The notes under the pieces were generated by a model that saw nothing but the letters and a program-made list of their open reading frames with translations, made no database searches and had not been told where the DNA came from. DNA of 64,000 bases from Candidatus Terrybacteria bacterium RIFCSPHIGHO2_01_FULL_43_35. GTDB lineage: Bacteria; Patescibacteriota; Minisyncoccia; Terrybacterales; GWB1-40-14. The first letter of the stretch is position 1. Each line of letters opens with the position of its first letter. Positions 10,364-19,224 of this stretch are shown here, in pieces. The position numbers were made by a program, and so were the translations under genes. The stretch is taken from assembly GCA_001822815.1 (NCBI GenBank), contig MHSR01000013.1, forward strand, positions 149,093 to 213,092. Direction: 5' to 3'.

Positions 10364-12343
10364 ATGAAACATCACGCCTCGCATCAAAATAAGTTTTTAA
10401 GTCGCCAGTTTTTAGTTGTTTTCGCGGCTTTTTTACTTGGCGCAGGCTTTTTGTTTTTTGCGCCAAGCGCGCTAGCTGTAACGTGTTCAGTAGAGTATAC
10501 CTACTGTCCTTCTTCTTGCCCGTCTAGCCCGAACCTTAGTTTGCCAGACAACTGCACGAGCTATGCCAATACTTATTCTTGTACAGGCGCTGAATCTTTT
10601 GGCGGTGCAGCAAGGCGCTATAGAACCACAACGTCATACTATTGGGGTAGCCCAAGTAAGTATTGCTATTCTTCGATGGCAGAATTTGGGTGCGTATATA
10701 CGCGACTTACAAGTTCCAGTAGAGTTGATTGCACTGCTGGTTACACAAACTCGCCCTGCTCTTCCGAAACTCCACCTGGAAGCAAATTGTATAGTCAATG
10801 CCCATCTAATTCATCACAAAATTTAGATTGGGCCTGTAAATACCGTTTGTGTCGGGTATCAAACGCAACGTGTGGGGGGCCTGACAGCGGGTGGTTTAAC
10901 GGCGTTATATGTGTATATTCTTCATGCGGTACCGATTCATGTATCAGTTCCACTACGCTTCGTGATCGGCACTGCTCAACATCAAGCGATACGTGTACTT
11001 ATACCGATGTTAATTGCGGTTCGCCCAGCTATAGTTGCAGCGGCGACACCATTAATTATTGCAACCGAGGGTGTTCAAGCGCATCTTGTTTCAGTTCATG
11101 TTCTTCGGTCGCAACTTGCAGTAATGTTACCGGATCGTCATATTGTTCCGGGACACAATCGGCAACAAAGGTTGTACATAACGTTACCGATAAATATTGC
11201 AGTAGCGGCTCCAGCACGTGCGGAACCGGCTCAATCAGCGTTGTTACGGATAGAACCTGCACAACTTCATATTCTTGTAGCGCAGATAATACAAGCGTTA
11301 TTGCAACCTGCAGTGCGACTGGCGGCTCGCCCCAAAGAACCTGTTCCGACACTTGGACTAGCCAAACTTGCGCCGCAAACCAGATTTGTTCAGCCGGAGC
11401 ATGCATTGCAGATGCCGCACCAATAGTAACCACTACCCCAGCAACGTCTATAACACAGACATCCGCGACCCTTAACGGCACGGTCAATCCAAACGGCTAC
11501 GCAACCACAGCTTGGTTTAGATACAGTACTACAAGCCCAGGAGGCTGTAATGACATCTTTGGCACTCGCGCACCAGCAAGTGGAGGTTTTAGTGCCGGCA
11601 GCGGTACTTCAGCGCTCGCGTATCCCCAGGGCATTTCTGGCTTGACCGAAGGCAACACTTATTATTATTGCGCTATTGCCAATAATTCTGGTGGTAATGG
11701 TTACGGCGCCATATTGTCATTTTTGACGTCTAGCGCGGCACCAGTTACGCTTTCGGCGTCATTGTCAGCAAATCCAGCTTCGGGGTCAGCGCCATTTGAT
11801 ACCACACTGACCACAAATGTTGTTTATGACGGCAATATTTCAGACACGATAAATTACAGTTATTGGTGGGACTGTTCCGATGTCACCAATAGTGTTGCGG
11901 GAGCCTCGGCCTCCTGTGGAATTCTTCCGTCTCCTGCCGCCGGCTCATGCGCATCAAATAGCGACGGCCACAAATGCAATGCGGTTTTAACCAATCCCCA
12001 TTCTGTTGGTAATATCTATGCTTCCACCGGAAGCTATACAGCCAAAGTTATCGTTGAAAGAGGAGGCGCTACTCCGGCCACAAGCTCAGCGCCGATTTCC
12101 GTAGGCGTTTTACCGCCTGTGACAGGTTGCATAAATGAATGTTATCCGCCAAACACTAACGAATGCACTACTCTAACTTCTTACCGTACATGTGGTGAAG
12201 TCGGCGATGGCGATGCCTGTTTGGAGTGGGTGCCGCTTGGAGCTGTGCCAGGCGCTACCGCTACTCCATGCCCCACGGGCTATACTTGTCTTGTCGGCCA
12301 ATGTTTTCCCGTGCCAGGTTGGATAGAAGTTCCACCGAAATAA
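10364..12343 (+). CDS. extremely cysteine-rich secreted protein with FN3/PKD-like middle domains
   Basis: signal peptide (MKHH...FFAPSALA); ~330 aa N-terminal region with dozens of Cys; ATLNGTVNPNGYATTAWFRYS FN3-like segment; C-terminal Cys-knot-like tail; likely start 10364 (ORF track 10223 overlaps upstream gene). Confidence 0.6.
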   Translation: MKHHASHQNKFLSRQFLVVFAAFLLGAGFLFFAPSALAVTCSVEYTYCPSSCPSSPNLSLPDNCTSYANTYSCTGAESFGGAARRYRTTTSYYWGSPSKYCYSSMAEFGCVYTRLTSSSRVDCTAGYTNSPCSSETPPGSKLYSQCPSNSSQNLDWACKYRLCRVSNATCGGPDSGWFNGVICVYSSCGTDSCISSTTLRDRHCSTSSDTCTYTDVNCGSPSYSCSGDTINYCNRGCSSASCFSSCSSVATCSNVTGSSYCSGTQSATKVVHNVTDKYCSSGSSTCGTGSISVVTDRTCTTSYSCSADNTSVIATCSATGGSPQRTCSDTWTSQTCAANQICSAGACIADAAPIVTTTPATSITQTSATLNGTVNPNGYATTAWFRYSTTSPGGCNDIFGTRAPASGGFSAGSGTSALAYPQGISGLTEGNTYYYCAIANNSGGNGYGAILSFLTSSAAPVTLSASLSANPASGSAPFDTTLTTNVVYDGNISDTINYSYWWDCSDVTNSVAGASASCGILPSPAAGSCASNSDGHKCNAVLTNPHSVGNIYASTGSYTAKVIVERGGATPATSSAPISVGVLPPVTGCINECYPPNTNECTTLTSYRTCGEVGDGDACLEWVPLGAVPGATATPCPTGYTCLVGQCFPVPGWIEVPPK

Positions 12344-12375
12344 AGGCAAGTCAATAGTTTAGTGGTAATTGGATA

Positions 12376-12408
12376 AAAACCGTTCGTTGCAATAACTGGA
12401 CGGTTTTT
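12376..12408 (+). terminator. rho-independent terminator
   Basis: aaaaaccgttcg...ggacggttttt hairpin + T run. Confidence 0.55.
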
Positions 12409-12554
12409 GTTGGAACTGACATTTGCAAATATCTAATTCCTAATTTATTCAAAAGATACAAGGTACAAGAAACAATAACCAAACAAATCTCAAGCTCCAA
12501 ATTTCAATAAACAAACACGTTTGGATATTGATGATTGGTTATTGGATATTGTCT

Positions 12555-12630
12555 GTATCCCATCGGGTCTGAGTCCCTCAGGTCGTTCAGACTCTGAAGA
12601 GCCTTCAGACTCAAAGAGATCGAAGACTTA
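12555..12630. repeat. copy A of short palindromic repeat family (ctcaggtcgttcagactc...tgaagag...)
   Basis: 17/18 nt identity with segment inside htrA (53466-53590, opposite orientation) plus shared tgaagagYcttc motif. Confidence 0.55.
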
Positions 12631-12709
12631 TTTCTTGATTATTGTATTTTATTTTTTGCGTTGTTATTTTGCGCTTTTCGCTTTACATTTTTCATTTTAG
12701 TATAAAGGC

Positions 12710-14260
12710 ATGACTCCCGCCGCGCTTATAATTCTTGATGGTTTCGGAATAGGGAAACCCAATTTGGGCAACGCCATTTATCGCGCCCGCACCCCAACTT
12801 TTGATTATTTAAACAAAAGCGCGTTCGTCGCGGCCCTGCAGGCTTCCGGTACGGCAGTGGGTTTGCCGTGGGGCGAAGCAGGCAATTCAGAAGTCGGGCA
12901 TCTAACCATAGGTGCTGGACAAATAATCTACCAGTATCTTCCGCGTATAAGCATGGCCATACGCGACGGCTCTTTCTTCAACAATTGGGCGCTTGAAGGC
13001 GCGGCTAAATATGTTCGCGCGCAAAACACCACCCTACATCTGATGGGTCTCGTGTCTTCAGGTAGTGTCCACGCCTACATAGATCATTTGTATGGTTTAC
13101 TTGAGCTCGCCAAAAAAGAAGGCATTGGAAAAGTCGCGGTTCATGTTTTCACTGACGGTAAAGACGCTTTGCCCAACGAGGCCATCAAGTTCCTGCCAGC
13201 GGTTGAAGAACGCATGCGGCGCATAGGAGTTGGCCGCATCGCCAGTATTATTGGCCGTCACTGGAGTATGGACAGGGATCAAAACTGGGACAGGATAGAA
13301 AAAGCTTATCGGCTTTTGACGGCAGGGGAGGGCATTGCTATTGAGGATATAGCCTCTTATATTGACAAGGCTTATAAACAGGGCCTGACCGATGACAGGC
13401 TTGAGCCTGCATTGGTTTTGACCGCTGACGGGCATGCCGATATAATTCGCGACAAAGATGCGGTTATCTTTTTTAATTTTAGAGAAGATTCTGCAAGACA
13501 GCTGACCCGCGCATTTGTAGATGAAAAATTTGAATACTTCAGCCGTGAACGACTTGAACATCTGCGATTTGTCACCATGACCGAATATGAAAAAGACCTT
13601 CGGGCTCGCGCGGCATTCCTACCACCGCTGGTTTCTTCTACTTTGGGCAAGGTTATTGCCGATAGAGATTTAAGCCAGCTTCGCGTGGCCGAAACAGAAA
13701 AATACGCACACATCACATATTTTTTTGACGGCGCCAAGGAAGAAGTATATCCGAAAGAGGAGAGAGTTTTGATACCGTCGCAAAGCGTTGCGCATACCGA
13801 CGATCATCCCGAGATGCGCGCGCCTGAAATAACCACAGCAATAGTCAATGCATTGGAAAAAGGAAATTTCTCTTTTATCGCCGCCAACTTTGCAAATGCC
13901 GATATGGTAGGACACACCGGCAATATCGAAGCTGCCATTCGCGCAGTAGAATTTCTAGACAGCGCGATGAACAGGATATTACGTGCGATAACCAAACATA
14001 ATTATGCCTTGATTATTACGGCTGACCACGGTAACGCCGAGCAAAAACTTGATCCAATGACCGGGCAGCGCCTTTCGGAGCACACAACCAACCCCGTGCC
14101 GTTTTATGCCATAGGCGCAAACGTGCGCGGTCAAGGAATTAACGGCCCGCTTTATAATCTGGATGCAAGCGGATATTTGGCAGACGTGGCCCCCACTATT
14201 CTTACTCTGATGGGCATTGACGCGCCCGCAGAGATGACCGGGCGAAACCTACTTGAATAA
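12710..14260 (+). CDS. gpmI: 2,3-bisphosphoglycerate-independent phosphoglycerate mutase
   Basis: IILDGFGIG, NSEVGHLTIGAG, ADHGNAE motifs. Confidence 0.9.
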   Translation: MTPAALIILDGFGIGKPNLGNAIYRARTPTFDYLNKSAFVAALQASGTAVGLPWGEAGNSEVGHLTIGAGQIIYQYLPRISMAIRDGSFFNNWALEGAAKYVRAQNTTLHLMGLVSSGSVHAYIDHLYGLLELAKKEGIGKVAVHVFTDGKDALPNEAIKFLPAVEERMRRIGVGRIASIIGRHWSMDRDQNWDRIEKAYRLLTAGEGIAIEDIASYIDKAYKQGLTDDRLEPALVLTADGHADIIRDKDAVIFFNFREDSARQLTRAFVDEKFEYFSRERLEHLRFVTMTEYEKDLRARAAFLPPLVSSTLGKVIADRDLSQLRVAETEKYAHITYFFDGAKEEVYPKEERVLIPSQSVAHTDDHPEMRAPEITTAIVNALEKGNFSFIAANFANADMVGHTGNIEAAIRAVEFLDSAMNRILRAITKHNYALIITADHGNAEQKLDPMTGQRLSEHTTNPVPFYAIGANVRGQGINGPLYNLDASGYLADVAPTILTLMGIDAPAEMTGRNLLE

Positions 14261-14289
14261 GAAGCTAAATTTGAAATTAAGATTATTTT

Positions 14290-15261
14290 ATGGCTAAGCG
14301 CAAAAACATTGTTGTGATTGGCGGGGGCACAGGCGTTTTTAATGTCTTATCCGGGCTTAAGCATTCACGTCACAATCTTTCGGCAATTGTAACCATGGCC
14401 GATGACGGCGGCTCAACTGGTTTTTTGCGTGCCGAATTCGGTATTCTTCCTCCAGGTGATATAAGACGAGTGTTGGTAGCACTTTCACATAATGAAAAAA
14501 CCTTGGCAGATCTGTTCACCTATCGTTTTGAAGAAGGCAAGGGGCTTGCCGGACACAGTTTAGGTAATTTGTTGCTGGCCGCACTTGAACGCCTACACGG
14601 CTCTTTTGATCGGGCGGTTGAAGAGGCTGGCGTAATCCTGCAGATTCGCGGCCAGGTAATTCCGGTTACTTTTGACAATATACGTCTCGTGGCACACCTT
14701 GCCGACGGCCGGATTATAAAAGGCGAAGCAAATATAGATAGGCCAAAAGGTAACGGTAAACGTTCAAAAATCGTCAGAGTAAAACTTATTCCTAAGGCTA
14801 AAGCTAATCCCAAGGCGCTTGAAGTGATTCGTAAGGCAGATTTAATTGTTCTTGGGCCAGGCGATTTATATACCTCTATAATTCCTAATCTGTTAGTGCG
14901 GGGTATTGCGAGCGCCATAACCAAATCTAGAGCCAAGAAAGTTTTTGTTGTAAATATAATGACCAAGCGCGGCGAGACCGACGGATTTTCTGTTCACCAC
15001 TTTGTCGAAATTGTTGAAAGGTATCTCGGGCCCCAAAAAACACTCTCGCATATAGTGATTAATACCGGCGTTCCAGAAAAGAAACTTCTCAAGAAATATA
15101 AAAAAACTGAAGGCGCAGAGCTGGTTATTTATAAGGGAGAATTTATAAGACCCCAGCATTTCCGGGTTCAAACCGCCTCGTTCATCAGAAAGAATAGCAA
15201 ATTCATCAGGCATGATCCTAAAAAGCTTGCTAGGGCGCTTATCTCTATAGTGCGGGGTTAA
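14290..15261 (+). CDS. YvcK/UPF0052 family gluconeogenesis factor (CofD-like)
   Basis: IVVIGGGTG...TMADDGGSTG signature. Confidence 0.8.
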   Translation: MAKRKNIVVIGGGTGVFNVLSGLKHSRHNLSAIVTMADDGGSTGFLRAEFGILPPGDIRRVLVALSHNEKTLADLFTYRFEEGKGLAGHSLGNLLLAALERLHGSFDRAVEEAGVILQIRGQVIPVTFDNIRLVAHLADGRIIKGEANIDRPKGNGKRSKIVRVKLIPKAKANPKALEVIRKADLIVLGPGDLYTSIIPNLLVRGIASAITKSRAKKVFVVNIMTKRGETDGFSVHHFVEIVERYLGPQKTLSHIVINTGVPEKKLLKKYKKTEGAELVIYKGEFIRPQHFRVQTASFIRKNSKFIRHDPKKLARALISIVRG

Positions 15262-15295
15262 TACTAGCAACAAAGATCGAAAACCGCTTAACCAA

Positions 15296-16477
15296 ATGCT
15301 AAAGTTTGTTTTTTCAAACAACATTATTCACCGCCACGTTTTCTCAAATAACTTACAGCGGGCTTATTTTGCCACTGCCGCGCGCAACTTTGGGGTTTCC
15401 ATGATAGCTATTTTTGAGCCTTTATATCTTATTAAGATACTAAGGAATCATGGCGTGGCACACGAAATAACATTAGTTTTGCTTTATTTCGGAGTCATTT
15501 TTTTATTCTACGGTCTTTTGTGTCCGCTCGGCGCAAGACTAGCCTCAAGATATGGGCTCAAGACTGTAATATTGGTAAGCGCTCCGTTTTTGTTCGCGTA
15601 CTATACGGCTCTGCTTTATGCCTCCCATGCGCCGCTATTTATAATTGTGGCGCTGGTCGTGCAGATAATAAACAAGACTCTTTATTGGCCAGCCTTTCAT
15701 TTTTTCTTTGCTAAATCCGGAAGCGACGACCACCGTGGCAGGGAAGTGTCCGGTTCTTTAATGATTGGCGGCGTGGCGGCTATGATAGGTCCGCCATTGG
15801 GCGGGCTTATAATTTCTGTTTTTGGTTTCCCGGCGCTTTTTGCTACAGTATTGCTTGTCTTGACTCTTATGGCTGTGCCATTTCTTTTTATTGAAGAAGT
15901 CCGTCCAGATTATCACGGTAATCTTCTCACTGAATTCAAAAACGTGCTTTCAAAAGATTCGCGCAATAATTCCATAGCCTTTGCCGCGCGCGGCATAGAA
16001 GATACCACCAATGGAGTGTTTTGGCCCATTTTCCTTTTTTTGCAGGCGACTTCTTTTTTTGCCATCGGACTTATAATGTTTGCGGCTACGGCGGTTATTC
16101 TTACGGCCACGTTTTTGATAGGCCAGATAAGCGATAAGGTTGACAAACGTTTGATTCTGCGGGGCGGCGTAATTATTACTTCTTTGGTTTGGTTTAGCCG
16201 CATGTTCATCAAGACTCCCTTTCAGGCTCTGACCACAAATCTATTTTATGGTTTTGGTATCACTACCGTTGCCGTGCCATTTGCCTCTATCTTTTACGGA
16301 GCAGTAGCTAAAGAAGGCCAGAATCCTTATCATGCTGTTATTGTTCGGGAGGTTGCCAGAAATTTGAGTATAACAGTCTTCATGGTTATTTGTGCCTTGA
16401 TTTTGCCCCTCATTCCAAATATAGGCGTTCTTTTCCCGGCAGTATCTCTGATCACACTATTTATTTCTAAGATTTGA
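15296..16477 (+). CDS. MFS-type transporter (probable)
   Basis: ~12 TM helices, GGVAAMIGPPLGG-like MFS motif; start uncertain. Confidence 0.5.
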   Translation: MLKFVFSNNIIHRHVFSNNLQRAYFATAARNFGVSMIAIFEPLYLIKILRNHGVAHEITLVLLYFGVIFLFYGLLCPLGARLASRYGLKTVILVSAPFLFAYYTALLYASHAPLFIIVALVVQIINKTLYWPAFHFFFAKSGSDDHRGREVSGSLMIGGVAAMIGPPLGGLIISVFGFPALFATVLLVLTLMAVPFLFIEEVRPDYHGNLLTEFKNVLSKDSRNNSIAFAARGIEDTTNGVFWPIFLFLQATSFFAIGLIMFAATAVILTATFLIGQISDKVDKRLILRGGVIITSLVWFSRMFIKTPFQALTTNLFYGFGITTVAVPFASIFYGAVAKEGQNPYHAVIVREVARNLSITVFMVICALILPLIPNIGVLFPAVSLITLFISKI

Positions 16478-16631
16478 TATATGCCCAGTAGAGCTATCTC
16501 GACAGTTCTTTTTGCTCTCGCAAAAAGAACAAGCAGGACTGGGAGAGTATATCAAAAATAAACAATTACCTTTAATTCATTCCGTCTTTTAGCATTTGTT
16601 TGCTAAACGTCGAGATAATTCTACTGGGTAT

Positions 16632-16759
16632 GCCAGGTAGTGATCCCGCTCCAACATGCGTTAGTTTGTAGAATCATTATTTGGCCCGTGTTTATAAAAA
16701 AGACTAATTTTTAACATCCCGCTTTAATAAAGAATTATGGGGCGGGACTACTACCTGGT
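16632..16759. repeat. 18-bp imperfect inverted repeat pair (gccaggtagtgatcccgc / gcgggactactacctggt) spaced ~90 bp, upstream of PAP2 gene
   Basis: seen in sequence. Confidence 0.5.
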
Positions 16760-17302
16760 ATGAGTTTAGATATATATATTTTTAATTTTCTGCATCAACT
16801 GGCCGGAAAGAACGTTTTTCTGGACGGTTTCATTTTCTGGTCAGCGGAAATTCTGCCTTATGTTTTTGCTTTGGTCTTGTGGAGCTGGATTATAACAAGA
16901 ACTAAAAATTACGCCGAAAGAAAATATGTTATATTGATTGGCGTAATTGGCATAGTGTCGGCCATTATTTCCCGCTTTTTGCTGGTCACATTAATACGTT
17001 TATTTATTGAACGGCCGCGGCCCTTTGTTGAGCTTTGGCTTACACCACTGTTTTCGCACGAAGCATCAACCTCTTTTCCTTCGGGACACGCCGCCTTCTT
17101 TTTTGCTCTTGTTCCGGTCATGTTTTTGCTTTCGCGCAAAGCCGGATGGGTTTATCTCGTCGTAGCAATTTTAATGGGGCTCTCCCGCATCATCGCTGGC
17201 GTCCATTGGCCTTCTGATATTTTGGCCGGAGCGCTTATCGGTTTGGCGGTCGGATGGTGCATAATGAGATACGCTCTAAAAATCCATAAATTATTGCGGT
17301 GA
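16760..17302 (+). CDS. PAP2-family phosphatase (undecaprenyl-diphosphatase-like)
   Basis: PAP2 motifs RPF, PSGH, SRxxxxxHxxxD (RIIAGVHWPSDILAGALIG). Confidence 0.75.
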   Translation: MSLDIYIFNFLHQLAGKNVFLDGFIFWSAEILPYVFALVLWSWIITRTKNYAERKYVILIGVIGIVSAIISRFLLVTLIRLFIERPRPFVELWLTPLFSHEASTSFPSGHAAFFFALVPVMFLLSRKAGWVYLVVAILMGLSRIIAGVHWPSDILAGALIGLAVGWCIMRYALKIHKLLR

Positions 17303-17331
17303 ACAATCGCAATCGGCAACTTTCCCTAATA

Positions 17332-17355
17332 AAAAAGCGGTATTAAGCCGCTTTT
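17332..17355. terminator. bidirectional terminator hairpin between convergent genes
   Basis: aaaaagcggtattaagccgctttt. Confidence 0.55.
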
Positions 17356-17356
17356 A

Positions 17357-17596
17357 TTATATACTGTAGTTATCTTGTGGCGCTGGTCTGCATTTCTTGC
17401 AAGGTCTATAACCCGCCGCTACCGCATCTTCCCAAGACATGAAGAAAACACGATTTACTTTTTTCATCTTCAATCCAGATTTACAATCTAATCTGCCGAA
17501 AATTTTCCCCGGTTTCCACCCCGCATATCGACCAGGGACAGTACTCTTAACAATCACCCCATCTTTTAGAATTTTATACACCTTTTCCAAGCTCAA
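17357..17596 (-). CDS. Ada-like zinc-binding domain protein
   Basis: C-terminal FFMSWEDAVAAGYRPCKKCRP resembles Ada metal-binding domain consensus. Confidence 0.5.
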   Translation of the reverse strand: MSLEKVYKILKDGVIVKSTVPGRYAGWKPGKIFGRLDCKSGLKMKKVNRVFFMSWEDAVAAGYRPCKKCRPAPQDNYSI

Positions 17597-17701
17597 TTTT
17601 TACGTCTCCGCAAAGAACTAAAGATAAAATAGCACTCATCGTGCTATTTTACAATAGTATTGTAGAAAAGTAAAAAGCCGACAGTTAGTCGGCATAACGA
17701 T

Positions 17702-17926
17702 TTAGGCGGACGTAGGCGTCATTGAATTAAACAGTGTCCAATCTGCCTCGGTCGCTAGTAGCTCATTGAGAACCCTTAAACTATGCATTGAATTAGAACA
17801 GTTTGGTCTTGCCTTCTCGTGGGCATCGGCGATGAGATAACAAACACTCATAACATCCGAGTGCTTTTCGTATTCTACTTCTCCACGAACTTTACAAATT
17901 TCACAGAACCACTTCTGTTTAGACAC
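17702..17926 (-). CDS. hypothetical small protein with CxxC motif
   Basis: ORF only; WFCEICK motif. Confidence 0.3.
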   Translation of the reverse strand: MSKQKWFCEICKVRGEVEYEKHSDVMSVCYLIADAHEKARPNCSNSMHSLRVLNELLATEADWTLFNSMTPTSA

Positions 17927-18025
17927 GCATCTCCCCTCTTTGTATTTTCAGGAACTTTCAACAGTATATCCTGGCAAATCACACTGTCAAGAATTTAAAG
18001 GTTCTAACCAACTTCACCCGGTAAT

Positions 18026-18053
18026 GAAAAAGTCCCGCGAATCAGGGATTTTT
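18026..18053 (-). terminator. terminator hairpin immediately 3' of tRNA-Gly
   Basis: aaaaatccctgattcgcgggacttttt on minus strand. Confidence 0.5.
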
Positions 18054-18059
18054 CTCCTG

Positions 18060-18130
18060 AGCGAGTGAAGGGAATCGAACCCTCGTATCCAGTTTGGAAA
18101 ACTGGCGCACTACCATTGTGCTACACTCGC
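18060..18130 (-). tRNA. tRNA-Gly (anticodon UCC), no encoded CCA
   Basis: manual cloverleaf: acceptor GCGAGTG/CACTCGC, D stem GCAC/GTGC, anticodon stem CCAGT/ACTGG loop TTTCCAA, T arm GAGGG-TTCGATT-CCCTT. Confidence 0.8.
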
Positions 18131-18192
18131 ATGTTTGATTGTTCGCTCAAATTTGCGAGAGAAAACTAGAGTTTTCGCCCTACGGCGAAATC

Positions 18193-18264
18193 CTGGGAAA
18201 TTTTTAACGCTCCGCGAGGACGCTCCGCTAAATTTCCCGCGCGACACAAGCAGTTGTGTCGCGC
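18193..18264. repeat. structured repeat unit A (hairpin GGGAAATTT...AAATTTCCC + GCAG-loop hairpin)
   Basis: one of three related units (with 18763-18832 and 18843-18914) showing compensatory stem changes around conserved GCAG loop. Confidence 0.6.
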
Positions 18265-18292
18265 CCACATACGATACCCGCATGATCGATTT

Positions 18293-18652
18293 TTATTTTA
18301 GCAAAATATTCTTAATGCGTTTTACCTCTTGTTCAACAATCTCCCCGTCGTATTCTCCGCCGTGAGCACTCGTCCCCATATAAGAAGGTTTTTTCTGGTC
18401 TAAATGAAGTTTTAATACAACTCCCGCATTATTAAAAGAGATATAAATATGAAATCGCGGATAATCTATGCCCTGAAGCGGACGTTCATAACTTATTTGA
18501 CCGGATTTAAAGTATCTGTGTTCCATATAACCCGCTTCGCGCATGGCATAGCGAAGATTTTGCTTTAGCTCTCCGATGATTATATCCATAAAAATGTTTG
18601 AGTGCAGGAATATTAAAAACTGTGTCGGGGTGCTGGGAGAACTCGGCCTCAT
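18293..18652 (-). CDS. hypothetical protein (probable start at Met 18589)
   Basis: ORF between two tRNA genes; no recognisable domain (HGGEYDG segment). Confidence 0.4.
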   Translation of the reverse strand: MRPSSPSTPTQFLIFLHSNIFMDIIIGELKQNLRYAMREAGYMEHRYFKSGQISYERPLQGIDYPRFHIYISFNNAGVVLKLHLDQKKPSYMGTSAHGGEYDGEIVEQEVKRIKNILLK

Positions 18653-18664
18653 TAAGTCCTAAGT

Positions 18665-18735
18665 CGGGGTGCCGAGAATTGAACTCGGTCTTCGTGCTCC
18701 CAAAGCACGCGTACTGCCGGTATACTACACCCCGA
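18665..18735 (-). tRNA. tRNA-Pro (anticodon UGG), no encoded CCA
   Basis: manual cloverleaf: acceptor CGGGGTG/CACCCCG, D stem GTAT/GTAC, anticodon stem CGTGC/GCACG loop TTTGGGA, T arm CCGAG-TTCAATT-CTCGG. Confidence 0.75.
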
Positions 18736-18762
18736 CTTAGGACTTAATTTTTTGTAGGAACC

Positions 18763-18832
18763 CCGGGCATTTTTAAACGCTCAACAGGGACGTTTCGTTA
18801 AAATGCCCGCGAGAAACGAGCAGTCGTTTTGT
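18763..18832. repeat. structured repeat unit B (diverged)
   Basis: hairpin GGGCATTTTTAAACG...CGTTTCGTTAAAATGCCC followed by acga-GCAG-tcgt hairpin. Confidence 0.5.
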
Positions 18833-18842
18833 ATAGGTACCC

Positions 18843-18914
18843 AGGGAAATTTTTAACGCTCCGCCGGGAGGCTCCGCTAAATTTCCCGCTTGAGCCAAGC
18901 AGTTGGCTCAAGCC
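18843..18914. repeat. structured repeat unit C
   Basis: cagggaaatttttaacgctccgccgggaggctccgctaaatttcccgc + ttgagccaaGCAGttggctcaagc. Confidence 0.6.
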
Positions 18915-19002
18915 CCAAAGCACGCGTACTACCACTATACGACTCCCTGGCGTTAAAAGGTGGGCGGGCAAGAAGCACGCGTACTGCCAGCATATCCCGA
19001 CG
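18915..19002 (-). pseudogene. two degenerate copies of the tRNA-Pro 5' half (pseudo-tRNA fragments)
   Basis: 18915-18953 and 18974-19002 match aagcacgcgtactgcc... of tRNA-Pro 18699-18735 but cannot form anticodon stem or 3' half. Confidence 0.55.
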
Positions 19003-19224
19003 TTCAAGTCGGGATCCCGACTTCAATCAATAAATTATTGATAGTGCATCGGGACGACACCCCGTTTTAAAAGCCTTAAATTCTAAGGGCTTACGCTATA
19101 AATATGCTATAATATAAGTAATAAAAGCGCGATAGGCAAGACAAGTTCGCGTTTATATTTAGCCCAATTTAATAAGGGTTCAAAAAGGGCATTTTGGAAC
19201 TGTGCGGCATTTGATCCCACCAAC

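Noticed and set aside
10563-11487. ORFs in alternative frames or strands inside the Cys-rich protein gene (10563-10826, 10872-11426, 11056-11487 minus)
   Set aside because: These are frame-overlap artefacts in a GC-richer coding region. They are Ala/Leu/Pro/Arg-rich with no signals, and the forward-frame protein has coherent domain structure.
18843-18953. Possibility that a tRNA-Pro-like 5' half plus repeat unit C is an intron-containing or split tRNA
   Set aside because: No downstream sequence can provide the 3' anticodon-stem strand, T arm and acceptor 3' strand. The fragment cannot fold into a cloverleaf, so it is more likely a degenerate partial duplicate.
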